The notes under the pieces are model-generated. The model was not told where the DNA came from. It worked only from the letters and a program-made list of their open reading frames with translations, and did no database searches. Both the position numbers and the translations under genes were made by a program. Shown here piece by piece: positions 28,337 to 37,835 of a stretch of DNA of 64,000 bases. Every line of letters begins with the position of its first letter. Position 1 is the first letter of the stretch. Source of the DNA: a bacterium (lineage in GTDB: Bacteria; Actinomycetota; Acidimicrobiia; Acidimicrobiales; CATQHL01); the NCBI GenBank assembly GCA_026708055.1, contig JAPOVS010000018.1, positions 17,799 through 81,798 of the forward strand. The letters are read 5' to 3'.

Positions 28337-28353
28337 CTCCGGCACCGGATCAC

Positions 28354-29643
28354 TCAGAAGTCCACGACATCGCGTGGAGCGAAGTCGTCCCAGCTCGCGG
28401 GGCGCTGCGGTTGCCCCTTGCCCCGGCGAAGGGCTCCGCCGCCCTCGCGGGAACCGCCCAGCACGGCGGCCAGGGCGGTCGTGAGCGGCACGGCGGCCAC
28501 AAGACCGATGGAACCGCAGAGGGTGCGGGCGATCTCCACGGCTATCAACTCGGAGTTGGCGACCATGCCCCAGGACTGATCGGACACGGCGAACAGCAGC
28601 AGCAACGGCATGGCGGCACCCACGTAGGCCAGCAGCAGGGTGTTGATCGTGGAGGCGATATGGGCCCGACCGACGCGCAGGCCGGCGGCGATCAGCTTCG
28701 GTGCCCTCATGGTGGGGTCGGCGCGGCGCAACTCCGCCACAGTGGCGGCCTGCGTGATCGTCACGTCGTCCAGGGCGCCGAGCGCCCCGATCATGGCGCC
28801 GGCCAGCAGCAGCGACGACAGGTCGATGCCGCCGGAGACGAACGACAGGATCGCCCCCTCCTCGGTGGCGACGCCGGTGAAACGGGCAGCGCCGAAGAAC
28901 AGAGCCGAGATGCCGAGCGTCAGCCCGAGCGACCCCAGCGTTCCGGCCAGGGCGATCGTGGTCTCGGGCTTCGGCCCGTGCGTCAGGTAGAAGCCGGCGA
29001 AGGCGATGATCGAGGCCGCCACGACGGCGACCAGGAGCGGCGCGTGGCCGTCGAGGATCGACGGCGCCACGAATCCCACCAGCACCAGCCCGGTCAGCAC
29101 CATCGAGACCAGCGACCGCAGGCCCCGGAACCGCCCCAGGACCAGCACGAAGACGGCGAACACCCCCGCCATCACCCACAGCGTGGCCCGGCGGTCCGCG
29201 TCGGCGTAGAAGTAGAAGTCCGTGGACGGTTCGTAGCCCACGATGATCCGGTCGCCGGGCGCAGGGTCGGGCACGTAGCCGATCTGTTCGAGGTTGAACT
29301 CCGGCAGAGTCACCGGCGTGTGGGCATCCGGGCCGGTCGACGGCACGAGGACGACCGTGCGGCAGTTCTGCGGGTTGTCGGCCGTGGAATACGAGCACGA
29401 TCCCTCGCGGACCGCCTGGACCTCCGCCGAGATCCGCTCGGAGGTGAGACCCACCTGGCCCGCCCCCTCGGCGACTGCTTCCCGGCCGGCTCCGTCGGGC
29501 CAGAGAGAGACGACGCCCACCACCGTCGCTGCCAGCGTCCCGGCCAACAGCACCAGCACCGGGCGCAAGCGCGGGTCACCACCCCCGCTGGCGGGGACGG
29601 TGCCTCCGTGCGAATGCGCCGAGGGTTCGTCGGCCAAGGTCAC
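28354..29643 (-). CDS. YibE/F-family integral membrane protein
   Basis: 429-aa ORF with an N-terminal TM segment, an extracytoplasmic domain and a multi-TM C-terminal half. The family call is by overall pattern only. Confidence 0.5.
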   Translation of the reverse strand: MTLADEPSAHSHGGTVPASGGGDPRLRPVLVLLAGTLAATVVGVVSLWPDGAGREAVAEGAGQVGLTSERISAEVQAVREGSCSYSTADNPQNCRTVVLVPSTGPDAHTPVTLPEFNLEQIGYVPDPAPGDRIIVGYEPSTDFYFYADADRRATLWVMAGVFAVFVLVLGRFRGLRSLVSMVLTGLVLVGFVAPSILDGHAPLLVAVVAASIIAFAGFYLTHGPKPETTIALAGTLGSLGLTLGISALFFGAARFTGVATEEGAILSFVSGGIDLSSLLLAGAMIGALGALDDVTITQAATVAELRRADPTMRAPKLIAAGLRVGRAHIASTINTLLLAYVGAAMPLLLLFAVSDQSWGMVANSELIAVEIARTLCGSIGLVAAVPLTTALAAVLGGSREGGGALRRGKGQPQRPASWDDFAPRDVVDF

Positions 29644-29714
29644 CGCCCTAGTGCTCGCCGCGGCTCACTTCACCGCGGGCCGGTCCGGTGCGAGCGGCCG
29701 CGACCAAGCGCGAT

Positions 29715-31106
29715 CTAGTTGACCCGGATCCTGGCCGGTCTCTTGATGGATGCGTTTGCGCTCGAGGCGACGAGTCGGATCGTGTAGTCCCCAGCAGTGA
29801 CGCCGGTAATGGTGGCCACTGAGCCGGAGACGGTGACCTGCGCTCCACTGGGCACGTTCTCCACGTCGAAACTGGTAGCCCCCGAGAAGTATTGGCTGAT
29901 GTCCAGCGTCGTCGTCCCGCCGACATTCACCTGGACCGACGGGTTGTTACCCACCAGCACGAGGAAGCCGGTTGCTGTCGAACCTGTCTGGGCGGCCGTC
30001 GTGGTCGTGGTCGTGGTCGTGGCCGCTCCCGCCGTGACATTGAAGGCCTGCGCCACGTCATCAATGTTGTTGCTCGCGGTCACGGTGATCGTGGCGGTCC
30101 CCACCGCGATTCCGCGCACGTCCGCCCTGCCGCGGGTCGTCATCGACACCTCGGCGATTGCCGGATGGGATGACGCCACCGCCCAGCCCTGGATGACCCC
30201 GCCGAAGTAGTGGGTGACGTTCAGCGCAAGGGTCTGCCCGACCTCCACGGTCTGGGCGGGGATCTGACCGGACAGCGTCGGAGCCTCCGTGGCATCCGCC
30301 GGGGGCAGCGTGTCGGTGGGAACGGCGTCGGAGTCCGGCGGCGTCGGCGGAAGGTCATCGTCGATCGGCAGCAACTCGTCGGAGTCGTCGGGGGCGGGCG
30401 GGGGCGGTGCAGGCGCCGGCGCGGGAGGCGCGGGTGCAGGAGCGGGGGCCGCCGGACGGGTGACCGGCTCGGGTCCGGCCCCGATCCGGGCGGTGAACGT
30501 CTGGGTCGCGGTACCACCGGCGCCGAAGGCGGTCACGGTGACGCTGACGGCTCCGTTGCTGACCGGCGCCACGATCAGCATGTCGGGAGCGCGGACGCCC
30601 GCCCGCGCCACACCGCTGTCCGAGGACGTGGCGGAATACCCGTCCACCGGACCGCTGAAGTACTCCTGTACGAACACGGCGTGGGCGTAGCCGTCCACGG
30701 CGACCGCCAGGTCGGGCATCACGCCTTGCGCCACCGGCGGCGGTCCCGAGGGCGCTGGAGCCGGTGGGGCGGCCGCGGCAGGCGCCGGCGCGGGCGCGGG
30801 GGCCGGCGGCGGCTCCACGGGCGGCAAGGGCTCGGGCGCCGGCGGCGGCTCGAACGCCATGGTGGTCGGCACGTCGCTGACCTCCGCCGTGGTGTCGGTG
30901 GTCTCCTGGTCGCCGTCGGTCGCTTCCTCGCCGTCCCCGCACTGGCTCAGGAGCAGCGCACCGACCGCCAGGATGGCCATCAGCTTGACGATTCGCGGGG
31001 CCCGGCGAGCGGGAACCTGCTTGCGGCGGTCACGGCACCCCTGGCGACCGGATTCATCGGTCGAGCGGGCGCGGCCCACCATTGGTCTTGTTGAGTCCCG
31101 GATCAC
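29715..31106 (-). CDS. secreted or lipid-anchored protein with three Ig-like (Big_2-type) repeats separated by Pro/Ala linkers
   Basis: Signal-like segment MAILAVGALLLSQCG. Three ~80-aa beta-rich repeats each contain YF[SG]G and GTATITVTA-like strands. The start codon is uncertain. Confidence 0.45.
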   Translation of the reverse strand: MIRDSTRPMVGRARSTDESGRQGCRDRRKQVPARRAPRIVKLMAILAVGALLLSQCGDGEEATDGDQETTDTTAEVSDVPTTMAFEPPPAPEPLPPVEPPPAPAPAPAPAAAAPPAPAPSGPPPVAQGVMPDLAVAVDGYAHAVFVQEYFSGPVDGYSATSSDSGVARAGVRAPDMLIVAPVSNGAVSVTVTAFGAGGTATQTFTARIGAGPEPVTRPAAPAPAPAPPAPAPAPPPPAPDDSDELLPIDDDLPPTPPDSDAVPTDTLPPADATEAPTLSGQIPAQTVEVGQTLALNVTHYFGGVIQGWAVASSHPAIAEVSMTTRGRADVRGIAVGTATITVTASNNIDDVAQAFNVTAGAATTTTTTTTAAQTGSTATGFLVLVGNNPSVQVNVGGTTTLDISQYFSGATSFDVENVPSGAQVTVSGSVATITGVTAGDYTIRLVASSANASIKRPARIRVN

Positions 31107-31256
31107 GGCGCCTACGCTACCCGGCCCCGTCGACTCTCCGGGTGATACCTCACAGGGTCGAACACGCTCCCGGCGGAACGGTGGATTCGGGGGTCGGACC
31201 CGGCGACGGGCGGCCGTGACGAGCCACCCGGGAGCCCTCTTCCGCGGGACGGGAAC

Positions 31257-32222
31257 CTACGCCGAGCGGCGACTTCGGGTCCAGTTGTCCGCCGCCACCG
31301 CCACGAGAATCACGCTGCCCTGGATGAGCCGCTGGATGATCGGGTCTATCTGGTGCAGGTTGAAGCCGTTCAGCATGAAGGCGGTGAAGAAGGCCCCGAA
31401 CACCGTGCGCCAGACAGCGCCCTCGCCGCCGGCGATCGACGTGCCGCCGACGATGACCGCCGTCAGCACGGCGAAGATGAAGCTGAAGTCGTCGCTCGGC
31501 TGCGCCGTGAGCGTCTTGGAGGCCGACAGGGCCCCGGCGAGACCCGCGGCCGCACCGGTGAGCAGGAAAGTCGCCAGCACGATGCCCTCCGCGCGCACAC
31601 CGGCCAGGCGCGCCGCCTCCGGGTTGCCGCCGGTGGCGAAGACGTGGCGACCGAAGCGGGTCCTCTCCAGCAGCACCCAGAACGCCACCACGACTGCGAC
31701 GGCGATCCAGGTGGCGTTGGTCACGCCGCCTGACCGTCCCCGGGCCACCTCGGAGAAGCCGCGGTCGGCGATCCTGATGATGCTGCGGTCCGAGAGCAGG
31801 AAGCCGACGCCGTAGAACACGAACGACGTCGCCAGTGTGGCGATGAACGAGTTGATGCGCACCCAGGCCACCACGACGCCATTGAGCAGCCCGAAACCCG
31901 CACCGATGGCGATCCCGCCGGCGATGGCGGCCACCGCCGAGCCCGACTCGTTGACGATGAGGGCGGTGACGATGGCGGCATTGATGTGGCTCGCCGAGAT
32001 CGAAATGTCGAAATGGCCGCTGATCAGCGTGAGGGTGAGCGCGGACCCGGCGATCAGCAGCAGAGCCTGCTGGTCCAGCACGTTGCGCAGGTTCACGGCA
32101 GTGAGGAACACGTCGCTGGTCTGGCTCAGCAGGATGAAGAGGGCGACGGTGACCCAGACGATGCCGTAGTCCGCGGGCCGCAGCCTCCAGGCCCGCCGGC
32201 CGGTGCCGCGCCGCGTGCTCAC
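31257..32222 (-). CDS. sugar ABC transporter permease (RbsC/AraH family)
   Basis: GTG at 32222 forms a GTGA overlap with the ATPase stop. The upstream part of ORF 31257..32822 is antisense-like low complexity. The polytopic protein carries ATGGNPEAARLAGV. Confidence 0.75.
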   Translation of the reverse strand: MSTRRGTGRRAWRLRPADYGIVWVTVALFILLSQTSDVFLTAVNLRNVLDQQALLLIAGSALTLTLISGHFDISISASHINAAIVTALIVNESGSAVAAIAGGIAIGAGFGLLNGVVVAWVRINSFIATLATSFVFYGVGFLLSDRSIIRIADRGFSEVARGRSGGVTNATWIAVAVVVAFWVLLERTRFGRHVFATGGNPEAARLAGVRAEGIVLATFLLTGAAAGLAGALSASKTLTAQPSDDFSFIFAVLTAVIVGGTSIAGGEGAVWRTVFGAFFTAFMLNGFNLHQIDPIIQRLIQGSVILVAVAADNWTRSRRSA

Positions 32223-33808
32223 GCCGCCTGCCCGAAGGCCAGTTCCATGACCTCGGTGCGCGTCGCCGCCGCGCCGTCGAGCTCCCCGACCAGGCGGCCC
32301 GCCCGCATCACGAGGATCCGGTGCGCGATGCCCAGCACCTCCTCCAACTCCGACGAGACCACCAGCACCGCCATGCCCTCGGACGCCAGGCCGACCAGAA
32401 GGTCGTAGATGCTGCGCTTGGCGCCGACGTCGACGCCCCTGGTGGGCTCGTCGGCCAGGAAGAGGCGCGGGTTCTGCACCAGCCAGCGGGCGAACAGCGA
32501 CTTCTGCTGGTTCCCGCCAGAGAGTTCCGCCATCGGCGAGGCGATCGTGGCGCCGGTCAGGCCGACCGATTCGGTGACTCGACGTGCTGCGGTCCGCTCG
32601 CCGCGCCGGCGGACGAACCCCCCGGGGGCCACGAACCGGCCGAGGTGCGGCAGGGTCACGTTCTCGCGGACCGAGCGCCGCGGCAGGAGCCCCTGGGTCG
32701 TGCGTGACTCCGGCACCATCGCCACGCCGCTGCGTACGGCGTGCCGCGGTGCGCGCGGCTCGTAGGGCTCGCCGTCCAGCGTCATCGAGCCGGCCGTGGC
32801 CCGGTCCGCGCCGAAAATGCAACGGAGCACGTCGCTGCGGCCGGAGCCGACCAGGCCTGCGAGGGTGACGATCTCGCCGGCTCGCACCTCGAGGCTCACG
32901 TCCTGGAACGTCCCCGCCCGGGACAGCCCCCGCACCGCCAGCACGACCGGCGCAGAAGGCGACCGCGCAAGGCGCGGCGGGAAGGCCGCCTCGATCTCCC
33001 TGCCGGCGATGCCCTCGATCAGTGACCGCCTCGTCTCGCCCGCGGCGGCGCCGCTGCGGATGACGCGCCCGTCACGCAGGATTGTCACGTCGTCCGCCAC
33101 CGCCAGCACTTCGTCCAAGAAATGCGACACGTAGACGACCGTGACACCGCGCTCGGCCAGCGAGCGGACCGTGCGACGCAGCGCCACGGCCTGCTCACTG
33201 GTCAGTCGCGCGGTCGGCTCGTCCATGACGATGAGTTCGGCGCGCCGAGCCAGCGCGCGCAGGATCTCGACCTTCTGCTGCTCGGCAACCGGCAGCCGGC
33301 CCACGACGGCGTCGGGATCGGCCCCAATGCCGTACTCCGCCACCAACCCGGCGAAGCGGTCGGCGGCGGCGCGCACGAACGGTCCGCGGTGCGACTCGAT
33401 CCCCAGGAACACGTTGTCGAGGACCGAGCGCGACGGCACCAGGGACAGCTCCTGGGCCACCATCGTGATACCCCTGCCCAGTGCCGCCCGCGGGGAGCGG
33501 AACGCCGTCTCGGCACCCCCCAGGAGCAATCGCCCGGCGTCGGGCGTCAGGACGCCTGCGAGGATCTTGCCCGCGGTGGACTTGCCGGCGCCGTTCTCGC
33601 CGACCAGGGCGTGCACGGTGCCGGCACGGACCGTGATGTCGACGCGGTCGAGAGCGACGGTGCCACCGAACCGCTTGGTGACACCGCGCAGCTCGACATG
33701 CGCCTCCGGGGGCAGCTCGACATGCGCCTCCGGGGGCAGCTCGACATGCGCCTCCGGGGGCAACTCGGCATGCGTCTGGGAACTACCGGCTGGAACTATC
33801 CCGCCCAC
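32219..33808 (-). CDS. sugar ABC transporter ATP-binding protein, duplicated NBD (RbsA-like)
   Basis: Two ATPase halves (GENGAGKST, IVMDEPT; LSGGNQQK, FLADEPTRGVD). The N-terminus carries the ELPPEAHV x3 repeat. Confidence 0.8.
   Translation of the reverse strand: MGGIVPAGSSQTHAELPPEAHVELPPEAHVELPPEAHVELRGVTKRFGGTVALDRVDITVRAGTVHALVGENGAGKSTAGKILAGVLTPDAGRLLLGGAETAFRSPRAALGRGITMVAQELSLVPSRSVLDNVFLGIESHRGPFVRAAADRFAGLVAEYGIGADPDAVVGRLPVAEQQKVEILRALARRAELIVMDEPTARLTSEQAVALRRTVRSLAERGVTVVYVSHFLDEVLAVADDVTILRDGRVIRSGAAAGETRRSLIEGIAGREIEAAFPPRLARSPSAPVVLAVRGLSRAGTFQDVSLEVRAGEIVTLAGLVGSGRSDVLRCIFGADRATAGSMTLDGEPYEPRAPRHAVRSGVAMVPESRTTQGLLPRRSVRENVTLPHLGRFVAPGGFVRRRGERTAARRVTESVGLTGATIASPMAELSGGNQQKSLFARWLVQNPRLFLADEPTRGVDVGAKRSIYDLLVGLASEGMAVLVVSSELEEVLGIAHRILVMRAGRLVGELDGAAATRTEVMELAFGQAA
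33689..33784 (-). repeat. 24-bp tandem repeat, 3 perfect copies plus 1 degenerate copy, at the 5' end of the ATPase gene (PPEAHVEL units)
   Basis: The plus-strand unit cagctcgacatgcgcctccggggg sits at 33689, 33713 and 33737. A diverged copy follows. Confidence 0.9.
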
Positions 33809-35025
33809 TCCGCTTCGAAGTCATCGGCATTGTGCTGGAACATCAGGCCGCCGTGGGGCACCGAGAGTGCCGGGTCGACACCGCCGGTGTCAGTTCCGGC
33901 CAGAGCGGCCACCATAGCCTCCATCGCCAGCCGACCCTCGGTGAAGGGAGCCCCGAAGAGCCCGGCGTGCCAGCGTCCGTCCTGCACGGCCTCCACGGCG
34001 TAGCTGCTGCCACCGAAACCGATGATCCGCACGTCATCCATGCCGGCCTCGCTGAGCGCGATCTCCGCACCCTGCATGGACTGATCCGCCCCCAGCACAA
34101 CGTGGATGTCGGACGTCGAGACGATGATGTCCTGCATCGCCGCGAGCCCGATATCGGGGCCGAGGTACTGACCTTCGGCCTCGGCCACCACGTTGACGTT
34201 CGAGCCGGCGGTGACGCTGTCCCAGCCCTGGCGGATGGCCTCGTCAAGCGGGACGCCGCGGATCCCGTAGAAGTACACCACGTTGCAGGGATCGAAGTCC
34301 GCACAGGTCTCCAGCGTGATCTGACCGATTCGCTCGCCGCGCACGAACGGTGGCTCGAAGACGGCGGCGGCCACGCCGGGCACTTGGGGTTCGACATCGC
34401 TGAAGTCCTCGCCGACGACCTGGTTGAGGAACACCATCTCGATCCCGGCGGCCAGAGCGTCCTCGACGTCGGGAATCGACCCGGCTCCGACCAACGAGAC
34501 AAGGATGATGCCGTCGTAGCGGCCGGTGGCGATGGCGTCCTGGAACTGCTGCTGCTGCATCGCCGCATTGAACTGGGCGTCGAACTCGACGATCTCGATG
34601 TTGTTGGCGGCGGCGACCTCCTCCATCGCCGCCTTGGACGCGGCCAGCCAGGTGTTGGCGGAACTGGCGGAGAGATACGCGATCTCGACCGGCTCGGCCG
34701 GTGGAGGCGGCGGTTCCGGCGCGGGCGCAGGCGGCTCCGGCGCCGGCGCGGGCGGCTCGGGGGCAGGGGCTGGGGGTTCCGGCGTCGGCGCGGCCTCGGG
34801 GGCCGGAGCGGGCGGCTCCGGTGCTGGTTCGGGCGTCGCCGCGGGCGCCGGGGCGGGCGGAGGCGCGGCGGGCTCGGCGTCGGAGTCGCTCCCGCAGGCC
34901 GCCGCCACCATGACGGCGGCGAGCAGCGAGAGCGCCAGGATCCGTGTCCGGCGACCTCCCCGACGTGCCTTGCGGTGTCTGCTGTGGATCTCGGCCATAG
35001 CTCTCTCCCTCCGGTTGGGCGGCAA
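33796..35025 (-). CDS. sugar ABC transporter substrate-binding lipoprotein (type I periplasmic-binding fold) with ~70-aa Pro/Ala/Glu linker
   Basis: Lipobox VAAAC followed by PEPPAPA repeats and a ribose-binding-like core. The gene is translationally coupled to the ATPase. An alternative start is ATG 34998. Confidence 0.7.
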   Translation of the reverse strand: MPPNRRERAMAEIHSRHRKARRGGRRTRILALSLLAAVMVAAACGSDSDAEPAAPPPAPAPAATPEPAPEPPAPAPEAAPTPEPPAPAPEPPAPAPEPPAPAPEPPPPPAEPVEIAYLSASSANTWLAASKAAMEEVAAANNIEIVEFDAQFNAAMQQQQFQDAIATGRYDGIILVSLVGAGSIPDVEDALAAGIEMVFLNQVVGEDFSDVEPQVPGVAAAVFEPPFVRGERIGQITLETCADFDPCNVVYFYGIRGVPLDEAIRQGWDSVTAGSNVNVVAEAEGQYLGPDIGLAAMQDIIVSTSDIHVVLGADQSMQGAEIALSEAGMDDVRIIGFGGSSYAVEAVQDGRWHAGLFGAPFTEGRLAMEAMVAALAGTDTGGVDPALSVPHGGLMFQHNADDFEAEWAG

Positions 35026-35154
35026 GCGGCCGCCGTCACGGGCTAGCGTAGGTTCGGGCTTGTCCTGAGATAGTTGGCTGGTTTGCCCAACGAGCGACGT
35101 CTGCTTATGCGGACTGCCCAGTTCGGAGGAATCACGGATGCGTCCGGCCCCGGC

Positions 35155-36723
35155 TCACCGGTTGATCCGCAGCACCCGGCACGCCAGCTGCAGCGACAGC
35201 CGGATCTCCGGGTCGTCGAGGCGGATACCCAGGACGTCGGTCACCCGCCGCACACGGTTGGAGACGGTGTTGCGGTGGACACCGAGCCCCCTCGCCGCGC
35301 CGGTCGTCGAACAGCTTGCGTCTAGATACGCCTCCAGCGTCTCCAGCAGGTCACCCTCGGTGTCCATCTCCAGGACCGGCTCGAGGATCGAGCCCGCGTA
35401 GCCGGCGAAGTCGTCGGAACTGAACCAGCCCAGCAGGACCCGCTGCACGCCGAGGCGGTCGATGTGTGCCACCCCCGAGGGCTCGTGCGAGCGGGCGTTG
35501 GCGATGACCGACGCCTCGGCGGCCTCGATCAGCGAGCGGCGCAGCCCCGCCAACTCCGGGTAGGGACGACCGATGCCCCCGTGGGGCTGTAGCCCGGAGT
35601 GGGCGGCGCTGAAGCCGGCGAGCGCCGCGCCCAGGCTTCCCGCCACGAGGCTGTACGACTCCGGCGGGGGCTCCGCCGTGTCGGTCATCCAGCCGCTCCA
35701 GCCGTCGTTGCGCTCCACGAGCGGACCTTCGATCCCCGCGGCGGCCAGCCGGTCGCTCATCTCGGCATGCAGGTCGACGATCCGGCCCGGATCCGCGCGT
35801 CCCCGCAGCTTGACGTGCAGTCCGGTGTTCCATCCCGAGGCGCTCCAGCCCAACTCCACCAGCTGGCTCCGCAGATCGCGCTCGGGCAGCTCGCCCGCGT
35901 GCATGATCTCGTTCAGCACCGCGATGCGCCGACGGGCGTCCCGCTCGGCGCGCACCCGTCCCGAACCCAGCAGCGCGGCCAGATACCACGAACCGATCTG
36001 CAGCAGCGACCGCAGGCGCCGCTGCGAGCTACCCGAGCGCAGCGACTCGGCGACCAGCCAGTAACTCACCTGCTCGCCGGGGGCCAGCACGATCGAGGCG
36101 CTGTGCAAGGCCGCCCGCGCCGAGTGATCAATGAGGTAGTCCTCCGCACCGGCGAGATGCCGCTCGCCGATCTCGATTCCGGTGCCAGCCACCGGCCTGC
36201 GGTCTTGGCCGATCAGGCACACCGGGGTCTGCGCCGCCTCGCCGAGCAGATCCACGAACGCCTCAGGGTCGGCGACGCGCATCTGCCGGAGCGAGGCCAG
36301 TAGGCGGTGGACCTCGGCCGCGTGCTCGACGTCGGGCGCCCAGAAATCGGCCCGCAGCCGGTGGGCCAGCTCGATCACGTCCGCGACGGCGACGGTGGCC
36401 AGCGGCACGCCGAGCCGGTTCGCCAGGCGCTGCGCGCCGACGTCGATCCCCGGATCGGAGTTCACCAGGATCAATGCCGCCGCCCCGGCCGCGGAGACCG
36501 CCCGCAGCGCCACGTCCACCTTGTAGAGGTTGTCGCCGATTCCGGACGCGTCCAGGACGACGGCGGTGCCTCGGTCCGGCGGCGTCAGGGCATCCACGCG
36601 GGACCGCAGGACGATGTCGCTCACCGCTGCGTCCAAGCCGCGCTTCCCGCCGATCAGCACTGCCTCGCGCAGCGCGCCGGATGCCAGGACCTGCCGCACA
36701 GTGGACGTCGGCGGGTTCACCAT
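35155..36723 (-). CDS. PucR-family transcriptional regulator
   Basis: ATG at 36723 (MVNPPTSTVRQVL) inside ORF 35155..37131. C-terminal HTH GAARGLGVHRNTVSNRVRRV. Confidence 0.75.
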   Translation of the reverse strand: MVNPPTSTVRQVLASGALREAVLIGGKRGLDAAVSDIVLRSRVDALTPPDRGTAVVLDASGIGDNLYKVDVALRAVSAAGAAALILVNSDPGIDVGAQRLANRLGVPLATVAVADVIELAHRLRADFWAPDVEHAAEVHRLLASLRQMRVADPEAFVDLLGEAAQTPVCLIGQDRRPVAGTGIEIGERHLAGAEDYLIDHSARAALHSASIVLAPGEQVSYWLVAESLRSGSSQRRLRSLLQIGSWYLAALLGSGRVRAERDARRRIAVLNEIMHAGELPERDLRSQLVELGWSASGWNTGLHVKLRGRADPGRIVDLHAEMSDRLAAAGIEGPLVERNDGWSGWMTDTAEPPPESYSLVAGSLGAALAGFSAAHSGLQPHGGIGRPYPELAGLRRSLIEAAEASVIANARSHEPSGVAHIDRLGVQRVLLGWFSSDDFAGYAGSILEPVLEMDTEGDLLETLEAYLDASCSTTGAARGLGVHRNTVSNRVRRVTDVLGIRLDDPEIRLSLQLACRVLRINR

Positions 36724-36772
36724 CGATCGGAGCGGGGCGGTGCTCTTCGTCCGGTCCCCGCGCCGGCCGATC

Positions 36773-37822
36773 TCACGCCGGCAGCCGGGCCCGAAGGAAT
36801 CCGAGCACGTTCCCCGCGGCGATGCGGGCGGCGCGCTCGGGGCCGAACCGGTCTTGGAGCCTCCGGGAGAGCAGGGCGAGATCGGCGGGCCCCTTGAGAC
36901 CCTCGACGTGCACGATGTCCTCGGGGCGCAGCAGGAGTTGGCGCCCCAGGATGGGGTCCACCTGCTCCAGCAGGTCGGCGATGAAGTCGGCGCCGATCGC
37001 CACTGCGCCGTCACCGACGGTCGCCACGGCGTGCTCCACATGGTCGACGTAGCGGTCGAGCGTGGGGGTTCCCGAGGCGGCGACGAAGCGGCCCGTGGCG
37101 TTGATGGCGACGAAGCCTCCCGATCCGGCAACGAGCCGCAACTCGGCGTCGGAGAGGTTGCGGGGATGGTCGCACAGTGCCCGGCACGAGGAGTGCGACG
37201 CCACGAACGGCTCGGCGGCCACCTCGGCCAGGTGAGCCAGGCCGTGCGCCGACAGGTGGCTCACGTCCACGACCATCCCGAGCCGCTCCATCTCCGCCAC
37301 GGCCTCGACGCCGAGGGAGGTCAGCCGGCCGCCGGTGTCGGTCTCGCCCACCCCGTCGGCCAGCATCGTCCGGCGGTTCCAGGTCAGCGACGCCAGCCGC
37401 ACGCCGAGGCGCCACATGGTCTCGAGCATCGCCAGCGACGAGCCCACGGGTTCGGCGCCTTCGAGGGCCAGGAGCAGCGCGATTCGCCCGTCTCCGACGA
37501 TCTCGTCGATGTCGTCGGCGGTTTCGACAATGCCCACATCGTGGCGGTGCAGTTCCGCGATCTCGCGGGCCAGCTCGAGGATCTCGAGCGTGCGCCGGAG
37601 AGCGCCCTCGCCGATGAACTGCTCCTCGGTGAAGATCGGCAGCACCTGGAACACCACGCCGCCGGCCCGCAACCCCGGCAGCCAGTCGTCGCCGAACGGA
37701 TCGGCCACGCCGCGCTCGCGCCGGTGCCGGCAGGCCAGAAGCAGATCGTTGTGACAGTCGGCGACCCCCGGCGCGGCCGAGCCGTGGAGCGATCCTGGCG
37801 GCACCTCAGTGGGGAGAGCCAC
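36773..37822 (-). CDS. membrane-dipeptidase-family (peptidase M19) metallohydrolase
   Basis: Motifs DCHNDLL, DVSHLS and FVASHS typical of the renal-dipeptidase family. Confidence 0.7.
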   Translation of the reverse strand: MALPTEVPPGSLHGSAAPGVADCHNDLLLACRHRRERGVADPFGDDWLPGLRAGGVVFQVLPIFTEEQFIGEGALRRTLEILELAREIAELHRHDVGIVETADDIDEIVGDGRIALLLALEGAEPVGSSLAMLETMWRLGVRLASLTWNRRTMLADGVGETDTGGRLTSLGVEAVAEMERLGMVVDVSHLSAHGLAHLAEVAAEPFVASHSSCRALCDHPRNLSDAELRLVAGSGGFVAINATGRFVAASGTPTLDRYVDHVEHAVATVGDGAVAIGADFIADLLEQVDPILGRQLLLRPEDIVHVEGLKGPADLALLSRRLQDRFGPERAARIAAGNVLGFLRARLPA

Positions 37823-37835
37823 GGCCGCGCCCCGT

